From an uncultured Methanosarcinaceae archaeon (lineage in GTDB: Archaea > Halobacteriota > Methanosarcinia > Methanosarcinales > Methanosarcinaceae): 64,000 bases of DNA. Each line of letters opens with the position of its first letter. Positions within the stretch are counted from its first letter, which is position 1. Location of the stretch: assembly GCA_963733675.1 (NCBI GenBank), contig CAVTET010000003.1, positions 128,001 through 192,000 of the forward strand, read 5' to 3'. A program made the position numbers and the translations under genes. Below the pieces are notes generated by a model. It searched no databases. It was given only the letters and a program-made list of their open reading frames with translations, and was not told where the DNA came from. This document shows, in pieces, positions 23,078 through 36,529 of this stretch.

Positions 23078-23527
23078 ATGAAGAGCGAGTTTTACCGGAA
23101 TATAGTGATTGCAACAGATGGATCCGAAAATAGCAAGAAAGCTATTTCTTATGGAATTGGAATTGCAAAACTTAGCGGAGCAACGGTTCACACTCTCTAC
23201 GTGGTGGATACATCTGCTTTTTCCTCGATACCAATGGATAGCGGGTGGGAAGAAATGTATGAGGTCCTAAGAAAAGAAGGAGTGAAAGCGGTATCCGAAG
23301 TAAGAGAACTTGGAGAGGCGTCGGGAGTAAATGTAAGAGATGTTATCTTGGAAGGACATCCTAGCAGTGAAATTATCACTTTCGCAGAAAATAATGACGC
23401 TGACATTATAGTAGTCGGTACCCTCGGAAAAACCGGACTCGATCGGTTTTTAATGGGGAGTGTTGCAGAAAAAGTAATGAGAAGCTCAAAAATCCCGGTT
23501 CTAATAGTCCGGGGTGAAGAACAGTGA
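23078..23527 (+). CDS. universal stress protein
   Basis: IVIATDGS, DIIVVGTLG, MGSVAEKVMR. Confidence 0.93.
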   Translation: MKSEFYRNIVIATDGSENSKKAISYGIGIAKLSGATVHTLYVVDTSAFSSIPMDSGWEEMYEVLRKEGVKAVSEVRELGEASGVNVRDVILEGHPSSEIITFAENNDADIIVVGTLGKTGLDRFLMGSVAEKVMRSSKIPVLIVRGEEQ

Positions 23528-23613
23528 TTATTCTTTCTATCAAATGAGAAATCTTTTGATAAAGGAATATCAAAAGTAAATCCGGATTCAGAGGATACAA
23601 AGGTGTAAATCGC

Positions 23614-24468
23614 ATGCCAAAAAACATCTTCATTGAAGATATTATGGTCAGGGATGTAGCAAGTGCAACCCTACCAGGCTCAAGGGATGAAATTCTTAAA
23701 GTTCTTAAGAATAAACATATATCAGGAGTCCCGGTAATTAAAGATTCCAAAGTTGTAGGAATCGTGACCAGGACGAATCTTCTACAAAATCCTGAAGAAG
23801 AACAGCTAGCCCTCCTTATGACAAGAAATCCTATAACCATATCCTCTGGGTCAGCCCTGCAGACGGCAGCACGTCTTCTTCTAGAACACCGCATAAGGAG
23901 GCTCCCGGTCGTAGATGAGGGTAAACTCGTAGGTCTTGTTACTGTTGCAGATGTTGTGGCAACAATTGCAGATATGAATATCGATATTCCCATTAAGGAT
24001 TATGTAGAAAAAGATGTAGTTGCTATTTATAATGAAACACCTTTGCCTGTTGTTGCTAGGATCATGGAGCTTGCAGGAGTCAAGGCTGTCCCTGTGCTTG
24101 ATGCGAATCTGGAACTCGTAGGAATAATCTCAGATCGTGACGTAATTTCTGCCAGCATAATTGAGGACAGTGTAGAGATGTCAGATATGTCTGCTGGATT
24201 GGACGATGATGCTTGGACCTGGGAATCAATGCGTGATACTATGAGCATCTACTACAGTGTTTCAAGGATCAAAGTCCCTAACATGATCGCAAGTGATATT
24301 ATGATCAGTGAACCTATCACAGCCACTTATATTGCATCTGTAAGCGATTGTGCAAGGAAGATGAAGCGGAATAGGATTGACCAGATTCCAATCATTAACT
24401 CTAACCGCAAACTTCAGGGGCTTTTGAGAGATCATGATCTTCTGAAGCCTTTGGTCGAAATGGAATAA
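23614..24468 (+). CDS. CBS-domain protein (four CBS repeats)
   Basis: ISGVPV..GIVT, IRRLPVVD.GLVT, AVPV.GIIS, DQIPI repeats. Confidence 0.92.
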   Translation: MPKNIFIEDIMVRDVASATLPGSRDEILKVLKNKHISGVPVIKDSKVVGIVTRTNLLQNPEEEQLALLMTRNPITISSGSALQTAARLLLEHRIRRLPVVDEGKLVGLVTVADVVATIADMNIDIPIKDYVEKDVVAIYNETPLPVVARIMELAGVKAVPVLDANLELVGIISDRDVISASIIEDSVEMSDMSAGLDDDAWTWESMRDTMSIYYSVSRIKVPNMIASDIMISEPITATYIASVSDCARKMKRNRIDQIPIINSNRKLQGLLRDHDLLKPLVEME

Positions 24469-24625
24469 TTCAGGTTAAGATCCACTCCCAAAACATAATC
24501 AACCTATAATACGAAGCAAATAAAAAAATTAAATGAACTATGGAGCTTACTCAATAAATGTTAATAAGACGGCTTTTTTCCGAACTAAAATTCCTCAAAA
24601 AGATATATATTTCAGGAGCCTGAAA

Positions 24626-25312
24626 ATGGACAGGCCTTTCATTTTTATCAATTCTGCTATATCAGCTGACGGTAAACTCTCAACAAGGGAAAGGAAACAG
24701 ATCCGGATCTCTGGAAAGCTTGATTTTGAACGAATGGATGATCTAAGATCTCAGGCAGATGCAGTGATGGTAGGAATAGGAACTATCCTTTCAGATGATC
24801 CAAGCCTTACTGTGAAATCTCCAGAAAGGAAAGCTGCCAGGAAAGCAGCTGGGAAAAATGAAAATCCAGCCAGAATTATTGTGGATAGTTCCGCAAGAAC
24901 CCCTGTGAATGCAGATATTTTCACAAAAGGGGATGGGATAAGAATAGTTGCAGTTTCAAATGCAGCTCCTGCAGAAAATGTAGAAAAACTGAAGAAAATG
25001 GCGCTTGTTATTAAAACGGAGACTAACAAAGTTGATCTTTCAGAGCTTGTAGAAAAATTGAAGAAAATGGGAATAAATATTCTTATGGTAGAGGGTGGTG
25101 CAACTCTTAACTGGGGCATGCTTTCTGCGGGTCTTGTTGATGAAATATATACTTTTGTAGGAAATCTTATTATTGGAGGAGCCACTTCCCCAACTTTTAC
25201 TGACGGAGAGGGATTCTCAGAAGCTGAAGTCTTAGAACTTGAACTTCTATCCATGGAAAAGATGGAGAGTGGAGTGCTTCTTAAATGGAAGGTCAAAGGA
25301 AACAGAAAATGA
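24626..25312 (+). CDS. arfC: 2,5-diamino-6-ribosylamino-4(3H)-pyrimidinone 5'-phosphate reductase
   Basis: RPFIFINSAISADGK, VGIGTILSDDPSL, MVEGGATL. AGGAG precedes the ATG at 24626. Confidence 0.92.
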   Translation: MDRPFIFINSAISADGKLSTRERKQIRISGKLDFERMDDLRSQADAVMVGIGTILSDDPSLTVKSPERKAARKAAGKNENPARIIVDSSARTPVNADIFTKGDGIRIVAVSNAAPAENVEKLKKMALVIKTETNKVDLSELVEKLKKMGINILMVEGGATLNWGMLSAGLVDEIYTFVGNLIIGGATSPTFTDGEGFSEAEVLELELLSMEKMESGVLLKWKVKGNRK

Positions 25313-26683
25313 AATTATTTCTTATTTTTCGCCGTCGATAACTATTAAAATATTTATAGGAGTATTAATTACTTTTACTTAACCTTAATTTGCTATTTAA
25401 GTTATTAATTGATCTGAGATTATGTTTCAGAAATCCGATTCCAGATTAAACGAAGACTTCAAGTTCATAATTACTTTTGAGAACTTTTCACATTGTGTGA
25501 TCATATCATTCTTTGAACATGTTTCAAGCAGTTCTTTTCAACATGATCTTGCATAGCCCTTTAAAAATTAATCATATGGCTCAGGTCAACTTCTTGATAA
25601 CCCCTGGTCTCTTGGCAAATTGCTTTCAATTCAGGGTATCCAAGTTTGGAATTGTAGCTTATGTAATCACTTAAGTCTTTTAGTTAGCGCAAATCAACTT
25701 TATCTGATTCATCAGCTTCCTTGTTAAGCATGTGAGAATAAATTATGCAAATTGGAGTATGGCTCTTATAAATCAACATCGCTTTTTATAAAGGAAAATA
25801 TAGAAACTATCAGGTTAAGTATAAGCAAAATAAGGAAACTAATCATCTCATAAATCACTTAACATAGTTATTCTACATATCATTAGTTAATAAAGGTGGG
25901 TACATAAGCATTATAATCATGAATATATATGAGTGATGAGCTACTTATAGGCCCAAGGTGATGTTCTCATTCGTTGGCAGAAAAAAGATTATACTGGCCA
26001 TCAAAACATCGTTTCTGGAGTCGCTAAAGTGGTTTACATGAGCTATGTGGGCTAATGGTTTCTGGTGACATTGATGAGTATGGCAGCAGTCGTGATAGAG
26101 ACCATGACATATAGAATGGCGATTTATGTGGATTTGTTGGCCATAGCGATATTATTTAATTATTTTTTATCTAGTAAGTATTTTATGTTAATTACATGAT
26201 TTAATTTAATAGTAGTTGGCATTTTCACTGACTAGCTTGAATTAATTTTTGTATTTATTTGATCATTAATTTTGACTAAAAAGATGGATCATTGCGGCTT
26301 TAGAGAATCAAAAGAATATATTTGAGCGTTAAATCCCAAGAATTTCGAATTTGGGATAATCAATCAATTTTCTGATTCAGAAACTCGTTCTGAAACTTTC
26401 ATTGATATGGAAATAAAATTAGTTTAGGGGGTTAGTTCTTAGAACTGGCATGTATAATTCAAGGAAAATGAGGAGCAAAACTAAAATTCACTGATTTTTT
26501 TTGTCCTAATAAAATTGTAAATTTTATGCTATTTCTGAAAAGAAAAATGTTGTGGGCAATGTGAAATCCCAAAAAGTAATAAAAGAGTTCACAAATATGT
26601 CTGCTGCGAATGCATCAGAGTATTCAATGATCAAACAGATACTTTCTTTAATGATCTTCGCAAAGAAGGATTCGCCATTCAGT

Positions 26684-26827
26684 GGTTGTGGTGCACAAAA
26701 TCTAGCTTTGTTGCAATATCAGTGTAAACCTTCACAATTAGGAAAATTAAGCATTCTAATCACGAGGTAAATGGTATACAAAGGTAAGAATTATAGTATG
26801 CGGAAATATTATTTTTGCACCACAACC
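26684..26827. mobile_element. ~145-bp IS6-type MITE
   Basis: TIRs GGTTGTGGTGCA / TGCACCACAACC. Interior homologous to 50139-50287. Confidence 0.85.
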
Positions 26828-27316
26828 CATCAACCAATATCCAGAATCAGCTTGCTTCAACTGCCGTAAGCATTAAATCTAGATCAGCACGGCCTACCCC
26901 ACTTGTAGTGAGAAATAACTTGATTACTTTATATGCGAGTGCTTTGCTGGGTAAAACAACCGTCAGGATGTAGGGAGGAGGTCCAGTTTGTTAAGAGAGA
27001 TGCGATCCCCGGAATCCAGAATAATCTTTTTTACCTTAATCCAGTTTCCCGATTCTCGAGTAGGGACTATTAAGGAATTCAAAAACAATGCGTTGTGTTG
27101 CCAGACTTCCCCTTCAATAATGTTATTATGGTGCAAATAAAGCAGCTAGATGATGAAAATCTCCAATTTACACATGTGATACTTATTACGTGTATTGTAT
27201 TCTGAAATTCTTTTGCAAATTTAAAATAATTAATGAGTTAGACATAAAATACAATAGCATAAGGTGCAAAAGATTAAGCTTTGAAAACATTGTAATTCTT
27301 TTATGATGCTCTGAAA

Positions 27317-27670
27317 GGTTGTGATGCAAAAATCTCATAATGTGGAAGTAAAAATTTGGTTGCAAAGCAAAGAACATAAAAAGACAGAATATCCCTCAGA
27401 TAATATCCAGATTTAGACAGCTATTCCGAATAATCTATTTATAAAATTGACTTCATCAAGAACACATCGATTTAGAACATCAACCTGTCCTTTTTAATCA
27501 TATGCATAATTTCAATTCACTTAAGAGTCTTACTGGCCGTATAAAAAGACTGCAAACCTAATATTGGCTGACCTATCCACTTTATAGATTTATGATCCTG
27601 TTCAACAATATTATCCAAACATTTGATTTGCCGAAAGCCTACATTTTTAGAGAATATTTTAAGAAAACGC
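27317..27670 (-). mobile_element. IS6-family remnant (transposase C-terminus plus one end)
   Basis: RQIKCLDNIVEQDHKSIK..LGLQSFYTASKTLK. End GGTTGTGATGCAAAAA at 27317. Confidence 0.8.
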
Positions 27671-29284
27671 TTTGTAAAAATTGATAATTTTGATAAACTT
27701 TTACTTTTCTGCCGAATAGAACTATAAACATTCCGAAGTAAATTATATATTGCTGGTGTGTGCAGCATTATCTCAAATATCTCAAATCGATTCATAATGC
27801 ACTTTGATTTCCATAACAATTCATTTTTGCAATACTCAGACCCGTAATCTAAGTTCCATTCTATTGCAAATAAGCAGTGGCCAAATATCCTTTTACTAGA
27901 TTATACTTTCTTGTTTCAATTTCTCAAACTTTGAACATTTATATATCCTAATAGCCCAGCAACCTCACAAATGTTATTGAACTATACCCACACTTAAGCC
28001 CATCAGCAATCAAATTCCAATTAATTGTGGTTGTTATCATCTTTTGATCAACATTATTTTTGATACAAAGTAGTTTTTAATCATATCCTGATGGATCTAT
28101 AGAAATATTCTTAATAGTTCTAAGCGAATGTCATTTCTTAACGTTGTTTGGATCTTTAATTGGCTCTTTATTTGCTTCTTTACATCCCCATAATCTGATA
28201 AACCTAATATATGTTCGACAGTTGTTATTCTCTTCAAAACCTTAAGCTCAGAAGTAGCTAAAACTAATTCAAAATAAGAGTGAAGAACATCTTTAAAGCA
28301 CTCCCTGAGAAGATATAATATTCCTATCTGAACGAAAGATTTAAAAATCTAAGAAATCGTAATATTTATTAGACATCTTTCCCCTTTTGCGTGGAATGGA
28401 TTTGGATCTTAGAACTCCAAAACCGTTAATAGTTATCTTTTTTTACGATCAATACTATTTTAGTATTTGAATTTATTTTATGCAAGCATCACTAAGACTT
28501 CAATAAGTTATTTATTGATCATGTGGTACATTATTTTTATTTTTTCGCTAAAATTTAATTGAATGTATCACTATTTGATAGGTAATTATGCTTTTTTAAG
28601 GTTAGTTAAAAAACAACAATTGGAGAATTTAGTTAGTATTATATTAAGTGGTTTATCATAATTATGGGAATTTTAGTGGGTTTAATAGATTTAATTCGAT
28701 ATTAGTTGACTTTTGATTCCATTAATTAATTTAATTTGGACATTTATTTGTCGATTTAGATTTACTATTGACAATTATGGAGGAGTTGAGTTTGACGAAA
28801 ACTGATCAGCGGGCTTCAAATAGAATAATTGTTAAAGTATAACGAACTTTAAATCTCAAAATTAGCCGTTTAATAATAAGACTAGCCGTTTGATAGCAGA
28901 AATAGCCTATAAGAGCAAACCATGATAGAATTTATTCCGCAAGTGAATTATATATAGGCTTACCTATTGGTAATTATTCACTGATTAAGATATTTTTTGA
29001 ATTAACCGCTGATGTCCTATATCCCTAAAGATCTATAAATTTTTATTGACTTTGTATGATTTTATTTCATCTTAAAAACAGGAGTTAGAGTCAATAGTTT
29101 TACTACCAAATATTATGTTTCAATTGTTTTCACTGATGCATAAGTTTAAAGTAAAAATTGTGCATCAGTAATAATAAGAAAGGCCGAAATTTCTCAGCAT
29201 AAATATAGACTCTACAGCCTGTAATCTGTTACATAACTTCTGGTACACCTCAAATCAGTTTAATCATTACTTTCCTGTTAAATT

Positions 29285-29315
29285 AAAAAAGGAGTTGTTG
29301 GACTCCTTATTTTTT
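29285..29315. terminator. hairpin terminator-like site
   Basis: A-run, AAGGAGT..ACTCCTT stem and T-run, just downstream of the minus-strand gene ending at 29333. Confidence 0.5.
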
Positions 29316-29332
29316 AGTTAATATTAGACGTA

Positions 29333-30697
29333 TTATCCCCATTGGAAGGGAAGAAATGTACTGTACTCAGTCTGATGGAAGAATCCATGTTTTTCTGGGC
29401 ACTCGTTTACGTTAATATGAACAGTCTTTGAAGCTGTAGTATAGTTTGTAGAATCACCTGGTACGAATGTAACATCCAAAGATTGATTCTGACCTTCTTT
29501 TAATACAGTGCCTACGTCTGGATTATAATAGAAAGTTCCAGGTAATACGTCTCCAGATGTTGGATTTGTAGCACTCGCATTTAGCTGATTACCATATCTC
29601 AATGGCATGCCATGACATATGTCAGTAGGATTGTCCCAGATAATTGTGGGAGTCGATGGATATGCCAGAGTTGTTGGATCGGTCTTTCCAAAGGTCAAAA
29701 ACCATGGATATTGCAATTCTCCGCCTGCCTTTATGAAGGAATCATATGTACCATCAGTAACATTATATCTCCTTACCTCACTATGATTTAGGACATTTGA
29801 TATCGGAGCAAAAAGCCTTCCATCTGGCCCGAATAGTATTGCTGATGCATATGTCCTATTCGCGTTTGTTACCCCGGCTGCATCAAGGTCGATCTTTCTC
29901 TGAAACACTCCTTCTTTTGAGTAAATCCGAATAGAATCCGTATCAGTTTGATCTGCCCTGAAGCTTGTGATATAGAGATTTCCGTCAGGACCGAATACAA
30001 GTCCGATTGGATGATTCAATTTACCAACACCGCCAGTATCGTTAATGAAATCGTCTTTAAAGCTTCCATCTGGATAAAAGCGAAGTACATGACCTCCAAG
30101 TCCATTAGAAATATCCCGAAGCGATACATAAAGATTACCATCTGGACCAAATAAAATCCCACGAGGATGGTAATTTAGAGGTTGGATAACATTTTGAATG
30201 AGATTTCCGAGGAACATTCCATTGTTTTCGTTGTAAACACTAACATTGCCTGGTATTCCGAAATCTCCTAAATCTGCTACATATAATTTAGAGTCTTTCA
30301 CGATAATACCGTTTGGCGCATAAGGCGCATTTTTGTCTATATAATTAACTAATGCTGTTTCGAAAACTCCTGTTTTTCCATTGAATCGCAATATATCACC
30401 AGGTATAGGTAGACCCAAATTTTGATTAGCTACCAGAAGATTTCCATTTTTCTCAAATAGTATCCCATTTGGTCCATCTAATCCTCCACTATTTTAACTT
30501 ACTAAAATTTTAGTAAAATTGCCTGAATTCGCATCGAATTGTGTAACTGTACCGTTGCCTGCCTGATCTCCGATGTACAGGAAATCTTCACCTGTATCTG
30601 TTATGCTTGGACTTACTGCACTTGCTGTAGCTGTCATTGACAGTAAAAAACAAAAGGCCAGCAAAATTGATATTGTATTTTTTATTTGCTTTCTCAT
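29333..30697 (-). pseudogene. secreted beta-propeller (NHL/Vgb-like) surface protein with one premature stop
   Basis: The signal-peptide ORF and the 361-aa ORF are in the same frame, separated only by TAA at 30494-30496. Repeated P.G..FGPDGNLY blades. Confidence 0.82.
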
Positions 30698-31729
30698 ATA
30701 TTTATCCGCTCCTTATTTTCAAAATGCCATTATTGATGAGAAAAAGCTTAAGTAACCGTCTCCTTTTTAAGTGAATACTCGTAATTTTCCTCGTTTGAGA
30801 ACCGAGCTCATCCCAAAACTATTCTTGTTTCAAATCATTAAGAGTCCCAAAATTATTCTCCATAATCATAAACTCGTTTGATAATTCAAAATACGAACTT
30901 TTGAGAAGCAATTTTGAGTTTTGGGATATGTTCGTCATTAAAGTTCAGCCCCCCCAGTTGTCTCCACCTGCTAACGCAGGAAGAACCATTAATGCATATA
31001 GCAATAATGTAATCAACAGCAATTTAATTTTCACGCTCATGGAATTTCACCTCCGTTTCTGTATTTATTTCTTATAATCAATATTAACAAACTTGTATAC
31101 AATATTCAGTGAGTTTAATTCTATACGAGAGCGGGACTTATGCACGTCAAATCAAAAATGAGCCCGTCAGACGTTTTTTTGACTTGGCATGTTATTCTAT
31201 GGAACCCACAATAAAATCTTCTGAGTGAGCCCAGGTAAGTCGTTGTTTGGAACAAACTGAAACCCCATACATTGACTTCTATTTAACGGTAGGTAGCTTT
31301 GTGTTTGTAGTTTTGATGCTATATGTTTTCTCAGTTTATGATTATAATGTAAGAAATGTTTATCTCTATACCTTCGAATTTTTTTTGGAATATTATTCAG
31401 AATTAATTATTTTATATTATTTATAAAAACGGAGATCATAGTGGATATTGAAATAAACCTCTAGAAGTATATGATCAGAAAATTTCTAGTGGTTTTTTTC
31501 TTCCCGTACATATGCTAAAAGTTAAATCTGTGTTGCTTCCGTCATTTGTGTCTTATTCTTTTTAGGCCAATTTATTAATCTAATTCGATATCTTTTGGCG
31601 TTTTTACTGATTAAATCTAATTAATATTAGGATTTATTCGTCAGTTTATCAAAAAATGATATTTATTTGAGAATTAATTTTGATGGATATCGAGAAATTG
31701 ACACTGATTTTAAGAATCAAAATGGTATA

Positions 31730-31904
31730 TCTAAGCGGTGAATCCCAAGAAAAAGCATGTGGCAAAGCAATTGAAATTAACCCACCGAATTCAATAGCTT
31801 GGAACAATAAAGGACTTACCCTAAGCAGCTTAGGCAAGTACAATGAAGCCATAAAAGCATATGACAAGGCAATTGAAATTAACCACAGGATTCAGAAGCC
31901 TTGA
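31730..31904 (+). pseudogene. TPR-repeat fragment
   Basis: AWNNKGLTLSSLGKYNEAIKAYDKAIEIN. Confidence 0.75.
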
Positions 31905-32245
31905 ACAAGAAAAATACTTTATCCAAAAAGATTAAATGAATCCAATTTGTAGATTGAATCGTTACTTAATTTTCATTTATTTTTATTATTCGCGAGATAA
32001 ATATAGTAACTTTTCTGCCTTCCATATTCAGAGCTTGACTCAAGAGAACAGTAGGTTAAATGTTAAGTTACTACCAAAGAACACAGAAACAAAGTAATGC
32101 TTGTAGATATTTTAGTAAATCAGACTATTAATATACACCTAAATAAAATAAGCAGATGAGGTATTCTAATAAAAATATGTTAAGTTTAGATAAATATATT
32201 AAATAGTTAAATACTCTTGATTTTCTCGGTCCAAAGTAAACTTTT

Positions 32246-32647
32246 CTAGAATCGTTGCCTAATTTCATCCGCATTATTGACAACTAACTCGATATTTTCA
32301 TTTTTATTTTCAGAAACTGAATTAGTATTCCGATATACCTGCCTTCCAAACTCTGTAGGGAAACGTCTCTCCAAAATCCGCATGTAAACTTGGCAATTTC
32401 CAGCATCAGCTGCATCAGTAAGACGTTTAATGCATCCTTTTGCGGCATCTGCATCACGTTTCTGAATATGTTTATAGAACTGAAAATATTTCCCAGATTT
32501 TTCTGTTTTCCCCTTGTTCATCCAAATATTTAATGTTTTGTATGTGATTCTTGCAGCTTCGGCTGCAAGAGAGTATGTGAGTCCCAAAGCGACATTATCG
32601 CCGATTCTCTGTTGTAGTTCAGGATTTGACTTAATAGGGCGTGCCAT
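32246..32647 (-). CDS. virus-like HTH protein resembling a terminase small subunit
   Basis: MARP..QRIGD..LG..Y..AAEAA.I...T...W...G and ILERRFP.EFG pattern. Recognised from memory of phage proteins. Confidence 0.5.
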   Translation of the reverse strand: MARPIKSNPELQQRIGDNVALGLTYSLAAEAARITYKTLNIWMNKGKTEKSGKYFQFYKHIQKRDADAAKGCIKRLTDAADAGNCQVYMRILERRFPTEFGRQVYRNTNSVSENKNENIELVVNNADEIRQRF

Positions 32648-33063
32648 AAATTCACCGTTTTTTATATGTTATAGTTAATATAAATTGAGCTTGTATTTAA
32701 TATTTAGTTAGCTTTGTTCTGCATGAGACGAGCTTTAGGCTGAATTAATCAAATATGAACATTTATAGAGCTGCTTAATGCATTTTAGTGAGTCTTGTAA
32801 GTATATCGTAGTTCAAAACGAACACATCCAAAAATAAAAGGCTGATAGGTAAACTTTTATTCAATAATATTTATCTTATTATTAGAATAAATAAATATTA
32901 TATTCAGCTATAGTCTATAATTTTTCCAATGAATTTAAGCATAAAGGCTGTGTGCTGCAGGCATCTATCACCAAGAAATTCACATAATCTCTTTTGGTAC
33001 ATTAACGATTGGAAGGTAATAGATATGCCAGAAATACTAAGAATTAGTCTTGGTAAGTTAAAA

Positions 33064-34491
33064 ATGGCAATAAACATTTTTACATGCTCATTGCTTATTT
33101 TATTATTGCTAGTACAGTTTACAGCTGCAATCAATACAACGGATGGGGATTACCAAGCGCTTGAGAACGATTAGCACACTATCGGCGTCCAAGCTTACAT
33201 CTACGATCTTGCTCCAGTAATGATGCAGCGGACTGAAAATCTCTTTGTCACAAAGCCTGGAATGGGACACGCCCCTGTAAATCAGATGGGCTACTCTACA
33301 CACCTTGCCAATGCCAACTTCACATATGTCGTTTCACCTAACACAGATACGCTTTACAACATTGCATGGCTGAGCTGGGGAAAGAGCCTATAGTGCTCTG
33401 CACGTGCCAGACACCAATGGGCGTTACTATGTCCAGCAGATGCTTGACGCGTACACGAATACCTTTAACAGCGTGGGTAAACGAACCACTTGCACTGCAT
33501 AAGGCGATTTCGCTATTGTTGGCCCTGGTTGGAACAGCAGCCTGCCCACAGGACTCCAGGTGATTAAATCGCTGACAAATACCATATGGATCATTGGCAG
33601 GATCCTGGTAAAAGGGGAGTCGGACTTGACCAATGTGCTGCCGTTATAGAAACAGTTTACTCTAACACCATTGAGCCAGTACGGGAAGCTAACGGTCTCA
33701 GCTAAAAATGAGACACTTGCTGACTTTAAGGAAGCTGTAGTTTCACCTAATGCACAGGACAGCATACTGTTTTTTGAATTAGGGTTGCCCTGAAGAATAA
33801 CCCGCCACCAGCGGGAGAAGCAGCTCTCATGGCAGTCTTCGATCGAATCAGCTTGGATAAGAATGAGACACCCTATGTAACAAACCTAGATTCAGCTATT
33901 GCTGATGGGCTATCGCGGGCAATCAAGGACGGCGAGCAGATCGTGGGAAACACTTTAAAGAATTCTATTGGATTCTACATCAACGGTTGGACGTATAATA
34001 CCAAAATCGGAACATAAGGATATAATCATCTGCTACGTGCAGCCATCGCTGATGGCGGACTTGGAGCTAATGTCCCTGAAGAAGCGATCTACGCAAAGAC
34101 AAAGACGGGCACAGATGGACAACCCTTGAACGGTGGCAACAAGTGCATAGTGCATTTCGACAAAGATAATATGCCGCCTGTAGATGCCTTCTGGTCATTA
34201 AGCATGTACAATGCGACCACTTTCTTGTTCGTACAGAATCCTATCAATCACTACTCACCAGGCGATCAGACAATCGGACTTATGTATAACCAAGATGGTT
34301 CCCTGAATATCTACATCCAACACGAAGAACCAGTTGGGAAGGAATCAAATTGGCTGCCTGCACCTAAAGGAGATTTCTCACTGATATTGAGAATGTATCT
34401 ACCAGGTTCCAAGGTATTAAATGGAACTTACCAGATCCCACAAGTGCAGAAAGTAATAAAGGCAAAAAATAAAAATAAAGGGGAACTGTAA
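33064..34491 (+). pseudogene. DUF1254/DUF1214 secreted protein, multiply disrupted
   Basis: VVSPNTDTLY, GRYYVQQMLDAYTN, PPVDAFWSLSMY and NWLPAPKGDFSLILRMY occur in different frames. Visibly more GC-rich than the flanks. Confidence 0.85.
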
Positions 34492-34505
34492 TAACTCCCC
34501 TTTTA
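34477..34505 (+). terminator. hairpin plus T-run terminator
   Basis: AAAGGGGA..TCCCCTTTT at the gene end. Confidence 0.55.
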
Positions 34506-35139
34506 ATTATTGAGCTCATTTAGAGCTTTATTCAATCTCATTTTTAATATTTCCTTCATTTTCTGATACATGAGCTCGAATTTAAACCCTTGGCATAGGA
34601 AAATAAACGATTGTGGAATGTTTTAAGACATCTTTCGACTCGAAGAGTGATATTTTTGATACCTCTTAATAAAAGTTTCACTAGTAGCCCTATAATAAGT
34701 AATTATTTAGACAAAAACGGAAACACCATGCTTTTGCGATCTGATTACGATAAGTAAGTTCTCGATATTTTATGTAAATTTTTATTTATTTATAAGTATA
34801 TAATTTAATTTTTTATGGATCCTTATTTCGTTCTACTAAACAGGAAAACATCGTTTAAGCTATAGAAATTGAAATGTTCTAAGGTAATTGCCAGAGCTTT
34901 AAGATTTTGGCTAATATTATCCACAAGACGATTTGAAAGAGAGTCTCGTATCGAGATTTATATTAAGCTATTAAAATAGAAATGGAATCTTTATCTGTAA
35001 AACGTTGACTCTACATCCATCTTGTGCATTAAATTATGAATTTTTGCTAATAATAAAGTTTGATTCCCATAATGGTAATATGTTTATAATGGTTAGCTGT
35101 TTTGATATAGGAGCCAAATCCGTCATCAACATAGTTAAT

Positions 35140-35460
35140 CTAGGCATTTTCTTTAGCATCTTCTAATATAGCGTAGAAGTTTTCCCAGAATTTTGTTATA
35201 TTCGTCTCGTTTTTACTCCAGTCAATAAATGCGCATGCACTTTCACTTCGGGCATAGACATTACCATCGCGATCAACCTGAATCTGGATATCTTCACCAA
35301 GTGATTCTAGGCTACTAGATGTCTTGGCTGTAATAGATCCAGATTCTTCATCATATGCAATCCGCTCAAATTCAAAGGCTTTAATTGCTTCTAGAGATGT
35401 CATAAAAAGCTCATCATAGTTTATGCTGAATTGCTTAGTTTCTTCAAAATTCGGTTGCAT
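35140..35460 (-). CDS. hypothetical protein
   Basis: ORF from MQPNF with AGGAG just upstream of the ATG. Confidence 0.6.
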   Translation of the reverse strand: MQPNFEETKQFSINYDELFMTSLEAIKAFEFERIAYDEESGSITAKTSSSLESLGEDIQIQVDRDGNVYARSESACAFIDWSKNETNITKFWENFYAILEDAKENA

Positions 35461-36232
35461 GAAATTTCTCCTAGAAGTATAATCCAAAGGAATATTTATG
35501 TTAATATGCATGGCATATATATGTTTAAAATTATATATAATGTGGATTCTACTTTTTTGATAACATGAAATCCACTTCACCGATTAATTCTGATGCATTC
35601 TCACGTATAGCATAGATTGGTTTTTTGATTTAGTTCTCTGAGAATCGTCAGAGTCATTCAAAATTTTCATATTATCTATTTAAGATTAACCAGACTGAAC
35701 TCATATTTAGTTTTGAAATCATTATCTTTGGATACCAGGCTCTAAGCTTGTCGTTGCAGTCACTACCTCTATTTAAGGAAATAGAAATCCAATTATTTTT
35801 ATTTACTTTACATTTGGTGATTTTTTTCTGTTAATTGATTTCTTTCAGAACAGAATTCTTCAATTCTCAGGTTACACTATTTTTATTTGGCTTTTACTTT
35901 GTACTCATTTTACATTTTTCACAGTTTATACTCTATTTTCAGCCCATGTCCGTAACATTTAACTACTAGCATTTCTCTTTATGATAAACCCAAGGCTTGA
36001 TTACATTTATGATTTTGCATTTTCAGACTTCAAAATATTTTGAATATTCCAGCTAACATTGGAAATCATGAATTTAACGTTACAAAACCAAGAAATGTTT
36101 ATTTGTTGAAAGCTCTCTAAGGAGAAGAATAGACGCCAATATGTAGTGTTGGTTGATCAATTAATGACTAATGGAAATGCAATACGTGATAAATTACTAA
36201 TAAATTCAGAGAAAATTAAGATTAAAAGATAA

Positions 36233-36418
<186 letters not shown>

Positions 36419-36529
36419 TTTAAAGGGCTTTTCTATTTTTGCTTTTTCGATGTTATTTCTAAGAACTTTGAAGACTTATTATGTGGGGGATTCGAAGGAT
36501 CAAGAGTACCACATTATTTATTAAGGGGA

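Noticed and set aside
25960-26160. Possible fourth Asp/Gly/His-rich small peptide remnant
   Set aside because: No recognisable leader and stops in every frame. Too degraded to support.
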